Shown here piece after piece: positions 49,561 to 59,731 of a stretch of DNA of 64,000 nucleotides. Position 1 is the stretch's first letter. Each line of letters starts with the position of its first letter. A program made the position numbers and the translations under genes. This DNA comes from an uncultured Acidobacteriota bacterium (GTDB lineage: Bacteria > Acidobacteriota > UBA6911), in contig CAWJKZ010000014.1 of NCBI GenBank assembly GCA_963843575.1, forward strand, positions 448,001 through 512,000. The letters run 5' to 3'. Below the pieces are notes generated by a model. The model was given only the letters and a program-made list of their open reading frames with translations, had not been told where the DNA came from and made no database searches.

Positions 49561-51724
49561 TCAGGCGGCCGGGAGGGCGGCCTTGACTCTCTCCGGCGTG
49601 AGCGGCATTTCGAACAGGCGCGCACCGGTCGCATCGAAGAGGGCGTTGGCGACCACCGCGCCCACGGGGACTATCGCCGGTTCGCCGCCGCCCTGGGGCG
49701 TAAGATCGTCGTTCTTGACCAGGACCGTCTCGATCACGGGAAGCCAGGAGAATCGCGGGAGTTCGTAGGTATCGAAGTTGCGGTCGAGCACCTCGCCGCC
49801 CTTGAACCGCACCTCCTCGCTGAGCGTGTAGCCCAGCCCCATCGTGATGCAGCCTTCGACCTGCATGGTCGCACCCTCGGGGTTGATGACGATTCCCATC
49901 TCCTGGGCACAGACAATTCTGGCCACCCTCACCCTCCCCGTCTGCTTGTTCACCAGGACCTCGGCAATTTCGGCCACGTATGTTCCGGCGTCAATGCCGC
50001 ACGCGATGCCGACGCCGCGTCCACTGGGCGCGATCCCCTTCTTCCAGCCGAACCGCTCGGCCGCCGCCTGCAGGACGCTGCGCATCCGCTTGTCGGTGGT
50101 GTTGGCGAGCCGGAATTCGAGGGCGTCGACCCCGGCCTTGGCAGCCATGATGTCAACCTGGGATTCCCGGGCGAACACGTTGATGTTCGCACCCGGGGCC
50201 CGCCACGGACCAACCCCGAACGGATGGACTCGGACGGCATCCCCGGACCACTGACCGTAGGTTCTGATCAGGTTGTTCGGCACGTCGTAAAACTGTTCGG
50301 CGCTGCGGGAGCCCGCGAAGTAGACCTGGTAGTCCCACAGGCTCATCCTGCCAGCTCCGTCGACGGCGGAGGCGACCTTCACCACCGCCGCCGGGCGGAA
50401 GTTGTCGTAGAAGAACTCCTCGGCCCGGTTCCAGGCGACCTGAACCGGTTTGCCGGTGATGCGCGACAGGAGCGCGGCCTCGACGCCTTGCCTCGCGTTC
50501 CCGCTCTTTCCCCCAAATCCCCCGCCCACGAACGGCGTGATCACCCGCACCTGTTCCGGCGCGAAGCCGAGCGCGCGCGCAATTTCCTGCTGGTTGGGAA
50601 AAGGGGTCTGGGTGGAAAGCCAAAGGGTCGCTTTCTGCCCTTCGATGTGTGCGAGCGCCGTGTGTGTTTCCATCGGGGCATGTGCGCCATACCCGTCGGT
50701 GTAGGTGTGCTCGAACACGGCCGGGGCGGTCGCGCGCGCCTGCGCAATGTCACCCCTGCGTTCGCTCTCCCGCGCCTCCGGGCGCTTTCGCGACCAGGTA
50801 GTCGAAAATGGTGCGGTTGTCGGCGGCGGGTGCGGGCAACTCGAAATCTGCCTTGACGGCGCCCAGCGCCCGAGCGGCCATTTCAGGGTCCGGGTGGAGC
50901 ACGGCCACCATGCCGTCCTGCTTCACTACCGTGACGCCCGGCAGCTTCTCGGCCGCGGTGGTGTCGACGGTCTTGGGCTGCGCTCCGTGGGCCGGAGGCC
51001 GCAGGACCCTGGCGTACAGCATGCCGGGAAGTCGCACGTCGCCGGCGTACACGGCTTTCCCCGTGACCTTGACGACGGCATCCGTCCTCTTCGCCGGCTT
51101 TCCCATCAACGAAAACTCGGATGGGGACTTGAGCGCCGTCTTCCCCTCGGACTTCCGCGTGATCGTCCGTCCGCCGGCCAGCTGGGCGAAAGAGACGCGC
51201 TTGCTGCGATCCGAGGCGGCGAAGACGATCCCGCGCTCAACCCTGAGGTCGCCCGCCGGGATGCGCAGCCGTTCGGCGGCCAAGCCGATCAGCACGGTCC
51301 GCGCCTCCGCGGCGGCTCCCCGGAGGGCGGGGCCGAAAAACCGGGTGGACATCGAACCGTAGGTCCCCATGTCGAAGGGACAGACCTGCGTGTCCCCCAT
51401 GATCATGTCCACGGCCTCCAGCGCGACCCCGAGTTCGTCGGCGGCCATCTGGGCCAGCGAGGTTACGATGCCCTGGCCCATCTCAATCTTGCCTGAGTAG
51501 ACCGTAACACGCCCGTCCTCACCGATCCGGAGGTAGGCATTCGGATCCGTGGGATAACCTCGGCCGCGGCTCTCCTGGCCTTTCGACGGCGGGATCTCCA
51601 GGCTGAAGAACACGAAAATGCCGGCACCGAACGACTTCAGAAAATCGCGCCGGTCGAGTTCGAGGGCTCTGCCCCAGAGTGTCGCCGCAGGCTCCTGCCC
51701 CCGGTTCCGCTTTTCCCGGCTCAT
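49561..51724 (-). CDS. Xanthine dehydrogenase-family molybdopterin subunit (IorB-like), +1 frameshift near 50782
   Basis: RRDFLK, EMGQG, TYGSMS; second ORF HAPMET, GGGFGGK, WRAPG, GGGEP. Confidence 0.88.
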
Positions 51725-52186
51725 TTCGACCTCCCGACCTTCGCGATCGCCTGCAGGATGCGCTTATGCGCACCACATCGGCACAGATTGTCGTCCATCG
51801 CCGCGACGATCTCGTCGCGGGTGACGCGGCGCTTGTTCAGCAGCAGCGCATATGCGGTCATGATCATCCCGGGGGTGCAAAAGCCGCACTGCAGCGCGCC
51901 CTCGTCGACGAACGCCTGCTGCAGCGGGTGCAGCTTGCCGTCGCGCGCCAGGCCTTCGATGGTCGTCACGTCCTTCCCGCCAACGTCCCGGACGGGCAGC
52001 CTGCAGGAGCGCACTGCCTCTCTGTCGACGACGACGGTGCACGCACCGCACAGGTTTTCTCCGCAGCCGAACTTGGTACCTGTCAGCTCGAGGTCCGTGC
52101 GCAAAACCCAAAGCAACGCACGGTCCCCCTCGACGTTCAGGCTCGTGGCCTTCCCGTTGAGCTTGAACTTGATGGTTTCTTTCATG
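51721..52186 (-). CDS. 2Fe-2S subunit (IorA/CoxS-like)
   Basis: GTKFGCG..CGACT, QCGFC, NLCRC. Confidence 0.93.
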
Positions 52187-52268
52187 GGCGAACTCTCGCG
52201 AAAAAGTTGGAGCGATTCTAGCAGAACGGCACTCACTTCGTCAGCTACCCAAGCAGAGAGTAGAACAA

Positions 52269-52463
52269 GTGGGTCCGCTTCAGCCCGGACGCTTCGTGCG
52301 CCCGCTCTATAGCGCAGGTCAAAAAACGTCCGGGCTGAAGAGGCTTTCCAACGGTTGATTGTGGAGTGCGGCGCCGAGGCAGCCGAGGCGCCGCACTCCA
52401 GATTACTTCAGTTCGTCCGGATTGAACATCAACCGTTGGACAGCCTCTGAAGCCCGGACCCGC
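52269..52463. repeat. Nested REP-like palindrome cluster
   Basis: CTTCAGCCCGGACG/CGTCCGGGCTGAAG; TCCAACGGTTGAT/ATCAACCGTTGGA; TGGAGTGCGGCGCC/GGCGCCGCACTCCA. Confidence 0.75.
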
Positions 52464-52567
52464 TTTTTTGCCGGGATGAAATAACGCGGGCTCTCCGGAA
52501 ACTTTCGGTGTGGAAGCACGACTGCACGGCGGAGCCTGCGGTCGAGCATTGAGTGGGAGACGATACC

Positions 52568-53041
52568 GTGAGAGCACAGGAGGGGTTTACCCTTATCGAA
52601 ATCCTCATTGTGGTGGCCATCATCGCCATCGTGGCCGCCATCGCGGTTCCGAGCCTGCTCACCTCGAGGCAGGCGGCAAACGAGGCTGCCGCCATCCAGG
52701 GGTGCAGGACCATCGGCTCGGCCGAAATAGCGTTTGCGGCAACGAACAACCAGCAGTACACGACGCTCGCCGCGCTCGTGACCGGGGAATACCTCGACAG
52801 CCGCTTCGGGGCGACAGGGTCGGTAAACAACTACAACTATGATGTGGGGGACGTCTTGGGCACGAGCATCGACGGCGCGCCGCCGGATTCGTTTGGCTTC
52901 CTGGCCACACCCCGCACCGGCTACGGCCGATTTCTCTACTCGGTCGCGCCGGATCAGGTGGTTCGGTTTCAGGGCGTGGTCGCGGGAGCTTCGTTCCCGT
53001 CCGGAGTCGTAGCGGGGGACCCTATTGGCAAAACCAACTGA
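52568..53041 (+). CDS. Type IV pilin / pseudopilin (major-pilin-like)
   Basis: G|FTLIEILIVVAII, ANEAAAI; GTG start. Confidence 0.88.
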   Translation: MRAQEGFTLIEILIVVAIIAIVAAIAVPSLLTSRQAANEAAAIQGCRTIGSAEIAFAATNNQQYTTLAALVTGEYLDSRFGATGSVNNYNYDVGDVLGTSIDGAPPDSFGFLATPRTGYGRFLYSVAPDQVVRFQGVVAGASFPSGVVAGDPIGKTN

Positions 53042-53146
53042 GGTTCCTCAACGGCGGGGTGGGGGAGGCAGCTGATGCTGTCGCAAGCAGGGATCCGGCG
53101 GGGCGGGCCGAGGCCCGCCCCTTCGGGGGAAAGAACGCTCGCCCAG

Positions 53147-54724
53147 TCAGCGGGTGCCGGGCGGCTGCACGGCGGCAGGGGGGATCACCTGCGCGCGATT
53201 CGTCTTGAAGTAGTCGGTCCGCACCCGCTCGACGATCGAGTTCACGGGCTGGTCGAGGTACTTGGTGAAGAAGTTCGGATAGATCCCGATCCAGAACGCG
53301 AGGATGATCAGCGGCACGAAGGTCGCAAACTCGCGCAGGCTCAGGTCGGGGAGCGCCTTGTTTGCCGGGTTCTCGAGCTTGCCGAACATCACGCGCTGGT
53401 AGAGCCAGAGCATGTAGGCGGCGCCGAGCACGATGCCGATCACAGCGACGGACGCGTAGATCCAGAGTCCTGGGGCGGCGAACGTCCCCTGCAGGATGAA
53501 GAATTCGCCGATGAAGCCGTTCAACCCGGGCATCCCGATCGAACTGAGCGTCATGATGAGAAAGACCGTGGCATACAGCGGCATGATGTGGCTGAGGCCG
53601 CCGTACTCCGAGATCAGCCGCGTGTGGCGACGCTCGTAGATCACCCCGACGATGAGGAACAGCGCACCCGTGGATATGCCGTGATTGACCATCTGCAGCA
53701 CGCTGCCCTGCAGGGCGACGGGGGTTGCCGCGAAGACGCCCAGCATCACGAACCCGAGGTGGCTCACCGAAGAGTAGGCCACCAGCGATTTCATGTCCTT
53801 CTGCATCATCGCGACGAGGGCGCCGTAGATTATTCCGATCAACGCCAGGATCAACAGCGGCTTCAGGAAGTGCATGGTCGCCCACGGGAACATCGGGAGG
53901 GAAAAACGGACGAAGCCGTAGGTCCCCATCTTCAGCAGGACGCCGGCCAGGATCACCGATCCTGCCGTCGGGGCCTCGACGTGAGCGTCGGGCAGCCAGG
54001 TGTGGAACGGGAACATCGGGACCTTTATCGCGAAACCGATGAAAAACGCCACGAAGACCCAGTACTGCAAATCCGTCGGGAAACCCAGTTTCTGAAACGC
54101 GAGGATGTCGAACGAGTAGATGCCGGTGGCGTCATGCTGGTAGAAGTAGATGGCCAGGATGCCGACGAGCATCAGGACGGAACCGGCCAGCGTGTACAGG
54201 AAGAACTTGATCGCGGCGTAGAGCTTGCGCGGGCCGCCCCAGACACCTATCAAGAAATACATCGGGACCAGCATCACTTCCCAGAAGACGTAGAAGACGA
54301 GGAAATCCAGCGACATGAAAACGCCCAGCATCCCGGTCTGGAGCAGGAGCATGAAAGCGTAGTACTCCTTCACCCGCTCGGTGATGGCATTCCAGGACGA
54401 GAGGATCGCGATGAAGCCGAGGAGGGTTGTCAACAGCACCAGCAGCATGCTGATCCCATCGATTCCGAACTTGTATTTCGCACCGATCAAGTCGATCCAG
54501 GGTCTCTCGTAAATAAACCGGAACCCTGATGCGGGATCGATGTAGCGGGGGTCGAAGAAGCTCGTCATCAGAGGGATCGACACCAGGAAACCTGCGAACG
54601 CGGTGATGTTGGCGATCCACTTGGCCGCCGCGGCGTTTTCCCGCCTGGTGAACATGATCAGCACCATCCCGGCGAGCGGGAGGTAACAGACGATGTTCAG
54701 AATGTTGTTCATGAAGAAATCCAT
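53147..54724 (-). CDS. nuoM: NADH-quinone oxidoreductase subunit M (copy 2)
   Basis: FWEVMLVP, HTWLPDAHVEAP, LLKMGTYG, YERRHTR. Confidence 0.95.
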   Translation of the reverse strand: MDFFMNNILNIVCYLPLAGMVLIMFTRRENAAAAKWIANITAFAGFLVSIPLMTSFFDPRYIDPASGFRFIYERPWIDLIGAKYKFGIDGISMLLVLLTTLLGFIAILSSWNAITERVKEYYAFMLLLQTGMLGVFMSLDFLVFYVFWEVMLVPMYFLIGVWGGPRKLYAAIKFFLYTLAGSVLMLVGILAIYFYQHDATGIYSFDILAFQKLGFPTDLQYWVFVAFFIGFAIKVPMFPFHTWLPDAHVEAPTAGSVILAGVLLKMGTYGFVRFSLPMFPWATMHFLKPLLILALIGIIYGALVAMMQKDMKSLVAYSSVSHLGFVMLGVFAATPVALQGSVLQMVNHGISTGALFLIVGVIYERRHTRLISEYGGLSHIMPLYATVFLIMTLSSIGMPGLNGFIGEFFILQGTFAAPGLWIYASVAVIGIVLGAAYMLWLYQRVMFGKLENPANKALPDLSLREFATFVPLIILAFWIGIYPNFFTKYLDQPVNSIVERVRTDYFKTNRAQVIPPAAVQPPGTR

Positions 54725-54768
54725 CGACCACAGCTCCTCGGTTGGAGACGGGGGGCCCGGACACCCCG

Positions 54769-56823
54769 CTAAAACCTGAACAGTTCGTTGTAATAAATCA
54801 ATACGATGACGACGATGCCGAAAACGGCAACCAGGGCGTAGCGCTGCACGAGCCCGGTTTGAAACGCGGTCGCAATCCTGTTGAGCCGCATGTTTATCCA
54901 GCCGATCAGGTTCACCAGCCCGTCCACCACGTACTTATCGAAGAGGCCCGACAGCGACGCCGAGCCCCGGGTCGTCGCGGCCGTCCCGTTCACGGCACCG
55001 TCGACGAACCTGGAGTCCACAAACCAACACGCGCTGCCCAGGTCCTTGGTACGGTTGACGAACAGCGCGTCATACAGCTGGTCGACGTAGTACTTGTTGC
55101 GCACCAGCTCGTAGACGCCCTTCACCCGCGCGGTAACCCTGTCGGCGGTGCCGGGTCTGGCAACATAGAAGCGATACGCCAGCGCGATGCCCGCCAGCGC
55201 GATGGCAACGGACAAGACCGTGAACAGCAGCTCCTGTCCGGCAGAATGCTCGACGGCGTGCTCCGCGGCAGGCAGTCGCAGCACCGGTTCCAGGAAATGC
55301 TCGAAACCGTTTGAGACCCCCGTCCAGCCGGGAAGCCCGACATAGCCCCCGATGACGGACAGTACCGCCAGGGCGGCCAGCGGGTAGACGACGTTCTTCG
55401 GCGACTCGTGGATGTGCTGCCGGGCGTGCGCATCCATGCGTTCCTGTCCCCAGAAGGTCAGGAACAGAAGCCGAAACATGTAGAACGCGGTCATGCCGGC
55501 GCTGAGCCACAACATGAGCCAAACGACCGGGTGGCCGTTGCTCCACGCTCTCCACAGGATCTCGTCCTTGCTGAAGAACCCGGCCAGGCCCGGGACCCCG
55601 GTGATGGCCAGCGTGCCGGTCAGCATCGTCGCGTAGGTCCACGGCAGATAACGCCGCAATCCCCCCATTTTCATCATGTCCTGCTCGTGGTGCAGCGCCA
55701 TGATGACCGACCCGGAACCGAGGAAGAGGAGGGCCTTGAAAAATGCGTGCGTCATCAGGTGAAAGATGCCGCCGACGAACGAGCCTACCCCGAGGGCCGC
55801 AAACATGTAACCCAGCTGGCTCACGGTCGAGTAGGCAAGCACGCGTTTGATGTCTGTCTGAGCGAACCCGATGGTTGCGGCGAAGATGGCGGTCGCGGCA
55901 CCAATCACCGCAACGATCATCATCGCCTCCGGCGAACGGCTGTACAGGGCGTTCGACCGGCAGACCATGTAGACGCCGGCGGTGACCATCGTGGCTGCAT
56001 GGATCAACGCCGAGACCGGCGTGGGACCTTCCATCGCGTCCGGCAGCCAGACGAACAGCGGGATCTGCGCGCTCTTCCCCGTCGCCCCGATAAACAGGCA
56101 AATGCAGGCCCAGAACAGAAACCCGTGGCCCTCCTGAACGGGGAGGGCGGCAGCCCTGGTAAAAACCTCCTCGTAACGCAACGAGCCGAAGTGAACGAAG
56201 ATCAGCATCATGCCGAGGAGAAAACCAGCGTCGCCTATCCGGTTCACGACGAATGCCTTCTTGCCGGCGTCCCCCGCGCTCTTCTTGTCGAAATAGAAAC
56301 CGATGAGCAGGTAGGAGCACAAACCCACCCCTTCCCACCCCACGAACATCATCACGTAGTTGTTCGCCAGGACGAGCGTCAACATCGCGAACATGAAGAG
56401 GTTCAGGTACGAAAAGAAACGGTAATACCCCGAATCGTCCCACATGTACCCGGTCGAATACACGTGGATCAGGAATCCCACGCCCGTCACCACCAGGATC
56501 ATGACCGCCGAGAGCGGATCGAGTTGAACACCCCAGGGGATTTCAAACTCGGCCAGCTGCCCGTTCGCCAGCGGAAGGAGCCCGCCCCGCAGCCAGCTGA
56601 ACAGGTCTTGCGTGAAGACTTCCCGGCCATCGAGCACAAAGGCCTGGTAGACCACCGCCGCCGAAAGGGCAAAAGCCAGCCCGACCGAGAGCAGGGCGAC
56701 GGCGGAAACAAACCTCTTGTTCAGTTTCCGCCCCGCCAGCCGCAACGAGTACAGCCCGGTTATTCCGATAATCGCACTGCCGGCCAACGGCAGGATGGGG
56801 ATGAGCCAGACATAATCAAGCAT
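54769..56823 (-). CDS. nuoL: NADH-quinone oxidoreductase subunit L (copy 2, extended lateral helix)
   Basis: All NuoL motifs plus a duplicated D...VDG.VN 26-aa unit near the C-terminus. Confidence 0.95.
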   Translation of the reverse strand: MLDYVWLIPILPLAGSAIIGITGLYSLRLAGRKLNKRFVSAVALLSVGLAFALSAAVVYQAFVLDGREVFTQDLFSWLRGGLLPLANGQLAEFEIPWGVQLDPLSAVMILVVTGVGFLIHVYSTGYMWDDSGYYRFFSYLNLFMFAMLTLVLANNYVMMFVGWEGVGLCSYLLIGFYFDKKSAGDAGKKAFVVNRIGDAGFLLGMMLIFVHFGSLRYEEVFTRAAALPVQEGHGFLFWACICLFIGATGKSAQIPLFVWLPDAMEGPTPVSALIHAATMVTAGVYMVCRSNALYSRSPEAMMIVAVIGAATAIFAATIGFAQTDIKRVLAYSTVSQLGYMFAALGVGSFVGGIFHLMTHAFFKALLFLGSGSVIMALHHEQDMMKMGGLRRYLPWTYATMLTGTLAITGVPGLAGFFSKDEILWRAWSNGHPVVWLMLWLSAGMTAFYMFRLLFLTFWGQERMDAHARQHIHESPKNVVYPLAALAVLSVIGGYVGLPGWTGVSNGFEHFLEPVLRLPAAEHAVEHSAGQELLFTVLSVAIALAGIALAYRFYVARPGTADRVTARVKGVYELVRNKYYVDQLYDALFVNRTKDLGSACWFVDSRFVDGAVNGTAATTRGSASLSGLFDKYVVDGLVNLIGWINMRLNRIATAFQTGLVQRYALVAVFGIVVIVLIYYNELFRF

Positions 56824-57095
56824 ATGGTTGACTTCGATAGGGACTAGGGCATTGGCTGCGGGCCGAGACCAGTTCCGGCAGGCTCGGACCAGCGACGGCG
56901 CCGGAGCAGCCCGTCCGGCACCCGCTCCCAGCTCTGGAGAAATACGCTAAAGCAAAAGGCCTCAAATATTAGCAACTGTAAATGGAGCGTTTTTAGTACC
57001 ACAGTGTTCCGGGACTTGTCAATCAAAACCCCGGCCGGCAGCCCGCAAGCAGCCGGGCAGTCCGAGAGCGCGTTCGCAGGGCGAAATCAGCTCCT

Positions 57096-57755
57096 TCAAG
57101 CGGTGCCGTTACCGGGCTGCCCGCTTCCGCGGTCCGCCCCGGCGGCATCGGCCAGCAGGGAGAGATAAACAGCCTCGACGCGCGCCCCGGTCGCCTCGAA
57201 GGACCCGGAGGTGTCTATGATGTAGTGTGCCACCTTGACCTTCTCGCTCGACGGCATCTGCGCCGCCATCCGGGCGCGGGCCTCGCCCTCGGTCAGCCCG
57301 TCGCGGTCCATCAGGCGCCGAAGCTGCAGTTCCGGCGCACACGTCACGACCACCAGCCGGTCATACCCCCGGTACGAACCGGTCTCCACCATCAAGGCGG
57401 CGTCGACCACGACGATCCCGGCCAACCGTGCTTGCTCGATGGCGTCCACGCGGCGCCGGATTTCCTGCCCGACCGCGGGGTGCACAATGCTGTTGAGCAG
57501 CGTGCGCTTCCCGGCATCGGCAAAGATTATGGCTGCGAGGGATTTACGGTGGATGCCGCCGTCCCGATCCAGGACCGACGGACCAAAGACCTCGACGATC
57601 TTCCTGTGAGTTGCAGTCTGCGGGGCGAGCAGTTCGTGGACGATCGCATCTGCGTCGATGATATATGCGCCGAGCTCGGCCAGGACCCGCGTTACGTAGC
57701 TCTTGCCGCAGGCGATGTTGCCGGTCAGCCCCACACGCAACATGGCGCGGATCAT
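57096..57755 (-). CDS. coaE: Dephospho-CoA kinase
   Basis: VGLTGNIACGKS, IDAD, IVHP, RM.AQ. Confidence 0.95.
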   Translation of the reverse strand: MIRAMLRVGLTGNIACGKSYVTRVLAELGAYIIDADAIVHELLAPQTATHRKIVEVFGPSVLDRDGGIHRKSLAAIIFADAGKRTLLNSIVHPAVGQEIRRRVDAIEQARLAGIVVVDAALMVETGSYRGYDRLVVVTCAPELQLRRLMDRDGLTEGEARARMAAQMPSSEKVKVAHYIIDTSGSFEATGARVEAVYLSLLADAAGADRGSGQPGNGTA

Positions 57756-57760
57756 ATCAC

Positions 57761-57956
57761 AGCCGAATTCGGAGTGCGGCGCCTCGGCTTGAACATTGTA
57801 TGCATCTTGGAGCAGAACGCGGGATCAACGTCAAAAACCAGCCACGGAGGGACAGGGACATCACGGAATCTGTCCGGTGGCTTCCGACTCCGTCTTCCGT
57901 GCGCCTCACTGTCTTCCGTGGCGAGCTTTCGATTTTCGCCGCACTCGGAATCGGCT
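57761..57956. repeat. REP-like nested palindrome
   Basis: AGCCGAATTCGGAGTGCGGCG / CGCCGCACTCGGAATCGGCT outer arms, GCCACGGA..GACAG / CTGTC..TCCGTGGC inner arms. Confidence 0.65.
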
Positions 57957-57972
57957 TCAGGTCGTCTCTCGT

Positions 57973-58935
57973 TCAGGGGATGTCCACGATCAGCAACGAG
58001 TGTGATTGCTCGTTGACGACCACCACCGAACGGCTGTCGGGCAAAACTTCGACGTCGACGGGCCCCTTCTCCACCTCGAAGGTCCGGCCCTGAAGCTCTT
58101 TCATGTCAGCGGGCAGCACGGTAACGTTGCGCGACTCGGTGTTTACGACGTAGACCGATTTGCCGTCCGGGCTGACGGCAACGCCGAACGGCCGCTTCCC
58201 TACCGGCACGGTCACGAGCACCTTGTGGGCCACCGCGTCGATCACGGTCAAGTCGTTGGATCGGCTGTTGGCGACGAAGGCGCGCTTTCCGTCGGGAGCA
58301 ATCGCGATCCCGTCCGGGGCGTCGCCAACCGGGATCTTGGCGATCACCGCGCGTTGCGCCGGATCGACGACCCAAACGTCGTTGGAGCCGCCATTGACCA
58401 CAAAGACCTGCTCGTTGATGGGTGACACGGCGAGCGCAATCGGGGCCATCCCGACCTTGATCGTGGTGGCCACTGCGCGTTCCCGGATGTCGATGACGTG
58501 CAGCTGCCCCTCGCGGCTCCGGCCAAAATTCGTCACGAACGCGCGGTACCCCTTGGGCCCGACGGCGACGGCGTTGGGGGCCCCGTTGACCTTGATATTC
58601 GCCTCGACCCGGAAACCGGCGATGTCGACGACAGCGACGGTCCCATCGTCCCTGCACGCCACGAACACCGTCTTGCCGTCGTCCGTCACGGCCAGTCCGA
58701 GGGGGGCTATCCCAACCGCCAGAGTGCGCGCCACGACTTTCTTCACCAAGTCCACTTCGACCAGATCCCCGGTTCCATAGGAGGTCACGTAAGCGGTGCG
58801 ACCGTCCGGGCTGAGCGCCACAAAATTGGGGTACTCGCCAACCTTCTTCACCTTCACCACCTTGGCTGCCGCGACGGCGGCGAAGGCCAGGACAACGGCT
58901 GCACACAGGACGGCGATCGGTTTTCGGTACTTCAT
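57973..58935 (-). CDS. Secreted YVTN/YncE-type beta-propeller protein
   Basis: Signal peptide, seven VG..P..A.SPDG..V.N-type repeats. Confidence 0.9.
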   Translation of the reverse strand: MKYRKPIAVLCAAVVLAFAAVAAAKVVKVKKVGEYPNFVALSPDGRTAYVTSYGTGDLVEVDLVKKVVARTLAVGIAPLGLAVTDDGKTVFVACRDDGTVAVVDIAGFRVEANIKVNGAPNAVAVGPKGYRAFVTNFGRSREGQLHVIDIRERAVATTIKVGMAPIALAVSPINEQVFVVNGGSNDVWVVDPAQRAVIAKIPVGDAPDGIAIAPDGKRAFVANSRSNDLTVIDAVAHKVLVTVPVGKRPFGVAVSPDGKSVYVVNTESRNVTVLPADMKELQGRTFEVEKGPVDVEVLPDSRSVVVVNEQSHSLLIVDIP

Positions 58936-58987
58936 CTCGCGAATTGCCCTTCCGTTCGGGGCCATGGCCCGCGGTTTGTTTATATTA

Positions 58988-59731
58988 CTACTTGGTTGCC
59001 GCTATGAGGCTGAAGACACCGCTGTCCGGCGACCGCCTTGCCTTCAGCCCCTGGATGATGACCTGCCGAAAGCCGGCGGAAAACAGGAGCTTCAGGGCCT
59101 CCTCCTGATCGTAATACGTGCCGTCGGCCTCGGTGGGGTTTTTCTGGAGATATCGCAGCTGCAGCTTTCTGAGCCCCCAGACACACCTGTTTCTAAATGA
59201 TCCGGGCTCCAGCACTTCCGCAAGAATCAGGTGCCCCTCCGGAGCGAGGATGCGGGCGGCTTCGGCAAGAAACTGGGGAGCATCGTGGCGGTGAAAATCG
59301 AAGATCGATACGGCGATCTCCCCGAAGCCGTCCGGAACAGGGCAGCGGCCCGGCTCGGTCTGCTTGAATTCGAGCGAGTGATCGAGGTTGAGGTGGTGCG
59401 CCCGCTGCTTGGCGCGCTCGAGCAGCGTGATGTTTGCATCGAAGGAGTAGACCTTCCCGACAAATCCTTTGCGCCCCGCCAGACGCAACGCAAACGTGCC
59501 GGTGTCGGTGAGCATGTCGACGATCCTGACCCGCCTGGTATTGATCACGAAATCGACGACCTGTTCGACGGTGGCGTAGTAATCCAAGCCGGTGCGCCAG
59601 TGAAAATAACGTGAGATCCCCTCCTCGTAGGAATCCACTCGGGCGGGGAGACCGCCCAGAAACGGGCGGGCGCGGGGAGGCGAGAAATCGAATTTCTTTT
59701 GCTGGCCCGCCGCGGTTTTGTCGGTCTTCAC
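58988..59731 (-). CDS. Class I SAM-methyltransferase-fold protein
   Basis: Degenerate motif I (VDMLTDTG), AARILAPEGHLILAE. Confidence 0.7.
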   Translation of the reverse strand: MKTDKTAAGQQKKFDFSPPRARPFLGGLPARVDSYEEGISRYFHWRTGLDYYATVEQVVDFVINTRRVRIVDMLTDTGTFALRLAGRKGFVGKVYSFDANITLLERAKQRAHHLNLDHSLEFKQTEPGRCPVPDGFGEIAVSIFDFHRHDAPQFLAEAARILAPEGHLILAEVLEPGSFRNRCVWGLRKLQLRYLQKNPTEADGTYYDQEEALKLLFSAGFRQVIIQGLKARRSPDSGVFSLIAATK

